Translations under genes and position numbers: made by a program
DNA from: Marsupella aquatica
Taxonomy: Eukaryota; Plantae; Marchantiophyta
Direction: 5' to 3'
Assembly (NCBI GenBank): GCA_973895155.1
Contig: OZ316894.1
Coordinates: 7,898,234 to 7,962,233 of the forward strand
Length of the DNA: 64,000 nt
The notes under the pieces: model-generated
The model's input: only the letters and a program-made list of their open reading frames with translations
Told to the model about the DNA's origin: nothing
Database searches by the model: none
Shown here: piece by piece, positions 62,080-64,000 of the stretch
Position numbering within the stretch: position 1 is the stretch's first letter
How the letters are laid out: each line of letters begins with the position of its first letter

Positions 62080-64000
62080 CTAATCATCTCTTGTGTCCTC
62101 AACACTTTCAACAACTCCTAAAGAGTCAAGTCCTATGATTTCCTCCTCTCCAACTCCTATCTCTGATATTGGTAGAATGGTCTCTTGAACATCAACATCT
62201 AAATCCACCATGCCTTTGCCATCATCTTCCTCAATGTTGTCCACCAGGTTTAGAATTCTCCCTTTCAAGACACTGCTCTGGCGCTCATCAATTTCTACAG
62301 CAACACAATGTCTTCCTTGTGCCAAAGAGGAAGACAATCATGTGCCTGACCCTGAACAAATATCTAGCACCCAGTCTCCAACCTGGCTAAAGTGGGTAAC
62401 TTCCCAATCCAATAACACTCTTGGCTTCTGGTAAAAGTTCACCATCTTATTGTCCCCGTTGTATTTCAACTTATTGGTCACAGCTGGACACACAACCACA
62501 TTATTTCGAGACTCATTAGTCTCAAAATTGAAATGCTCCAAAGACCGTTTCCCATCCTGACTATGAAAGCCAATGGTGAAACACTCAAAATTGTTGTTAA
62601 GCCTTGCACCTCCTACATTCTTAACATTGTCTTTCACCCTACAAAAACCAAAACTTGCATTATGGATTTGTTTCAAAATCAACCATCATGAAATGATGAA
62701 CACCAAAAAAACATATTCACCTTTTGAAATGTTTCTTACCAAATACAATTCTGGAAACCACCATTACACTCAGCTTTCAAGACAGTCTTGACAGCATCAT
62801 ACTGACCGTCAATACTATGATGAATGATAATTCGCCAAAGATTTGCCTTGGTGACAACCTTGAAGGACTGAACCATCTTGGTCACCTCTTCCACACCCCA
62901 TCCAACATTGTCTTTGTGAAGACAAGCAGTCATTCCAAACCCATAAGGAATATCTGCCAAAGCCAATGTGTAAGCTCATGATGGGATTACCTCGTGCAAC
63001 TGCTGAGCATCGTGTGTAAATATATCATAGTACACATCCCCAAACTGTGGATGCTCAAAAGCATTAGGATGAAGTTCACTTCCCTAGGTCTCTTGGCAAG
63101 ATTTCTTAATTGCCAACCAATTCTGTGCTTGTGCAATATGTGCATTGAACTTATCTGGGAAGGACTTCAACTTTTTGCTTTCTTCATTCTCTCCCTTCTT
63201 TTTCCGGGAGCTGCTGTCTTTCTGAGAAAAAAAAATTGGGTACATGAGATTCCTACATACTTAAGAATAAAACTGTAAAACAAATGCTCAGTCAATCTCA
63301 AATAAACTTACCCAAGTCTGGAAGACAGGAACAAAATTCTTCAGCACATTATCAGTGCAGTGTTCTGGGTACTTGGTTTTGAAATTCTTCCAACTCTCTT
63401 CGTGAAGACAGGTAAGAAATGCTTTTTGAACTTGCATTTGGAATTTGTGTCGTTGAAATTCCTGTCCCATCTCTTGAAGAGATAATTCCTTTGCCAAAAC
63501 CCTTTGTAGCACTGGACAGATCATGTCCGGATCTTTCAATGCTTGTATGTGTCTCCACTCAGTCAACTTCATATCCTCACATAGCATTTTAGCATCTCCA
63601 GACTTGGATATCTTTTTCTTGGTCTTATCTCCTTTCAGTCCTTTTATCTCACAATTCTCCCATCTGTCAAAGATTTGCCGTATGAAAGACCAAACAAGAT
63701 CCTTACGAAATGCCAATTGAAATAAATTATCATTGGCATTCAGAACCTCAGAATCTTTACGTACACCCCAGTCCTTTAGATTGATTTCAGTGGCACACTC
63801 CTTCTTGAAATCAACATTTGATGATGCTCCATTAGAACTCTACAAATCGCATGTGAATGTAATTCACTCTTTGGATGGTGCTCATTTGTTGACGAAATTC
63901 AGAGTCTATATTATGACTCCAAGCTAAGTTCCTTGCTTCCTGGATAGACAAGCCTGCAAAGATCCAAGATTGCACTCTCCTGTACGACTTGTTGTTGGGA
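62080..64000 (-). pseudogene. ParB-like plus N6A/N4C (beta-class, N6_N4_Mtase-type) DNA methyltransferase gene, 5'-truncated by the window edge; premature stops
   Basis: Spliced read (introns 63311-63222, 62739-62639): WIFAGLSIQEARNLAWSHNID (ParB-N end)...YYDIFTHDAQQLHEVIPS*AYTLALADIPYG...NCIWVKDN...NNFE...NFYQKPRVLLDWEVTHFSQVGDWVLDICSGSGT*LSSSLAQGRHCVAVEID. Stops at 63086, 62978, 62340; frameshift near 63835. Confidence 0.85.

Noticed and set aside
61300-62080. Terminus of the element carrying the second methyltransferase gene
   Set aside because: No copy of the ATCACTATATTC TIR was seen, and the other end is outside the window, so no boundary can be supported.
62080-64000. Bacterial contamination as the source of the methyltransferase and ParB motifs
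   Set aside because: GT-AG introns interrupt the conserved motifs in phase, and the sequence is contiguous with plant retrotransposons.

Overview
Eukaryotic, intron-containing plant DNA. The alpha/beta-hydrolase-type immune-like genes suggest a bryophyte or liverwort (inference). The first 8 kb hold two conserved genes: the 3' exons of CCR4-NOT subunit NOT3, and SKIP/SNW1. The rest is a transposon-rich accessory region. The centrepiece is a 14.9-kb TIR DNA transposon (14741-29624; 22-bp TIRs, CCAC TSD) inserted at the exon/intron junction of an alpha/beta-hydrolase gene. It encodes a decayed Sola-like transposase on +. On - it encodes a divergently transcribed gene that, once a nested 1.26-kb element is removed and phase-compatible splice sites are joined, reads ParB-like domain + N6A/N4C (amino) DNA-methyltransferase-like domain + FCP1/HAD phosphatase domain. 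It also carries two arrays of 21-bp palindromes. A second, distantly related ParB + amino-methyltransferase gene with clear DIPY and DxxSGSGT motifs runs off the right edge (62080-64000). Also present: a young Copia element whose TSD-flanked right end is an inverted LTR, an older Copia element, a decayed Crypton/DUF3504-type tyrosine recombinase, a duplicated F-box/kelch gene pair (one pseudogene), and a hydrolase-LRR gene with no visible NB-ARC. All domain calls come from motifs recognised by eye; no searches were run.
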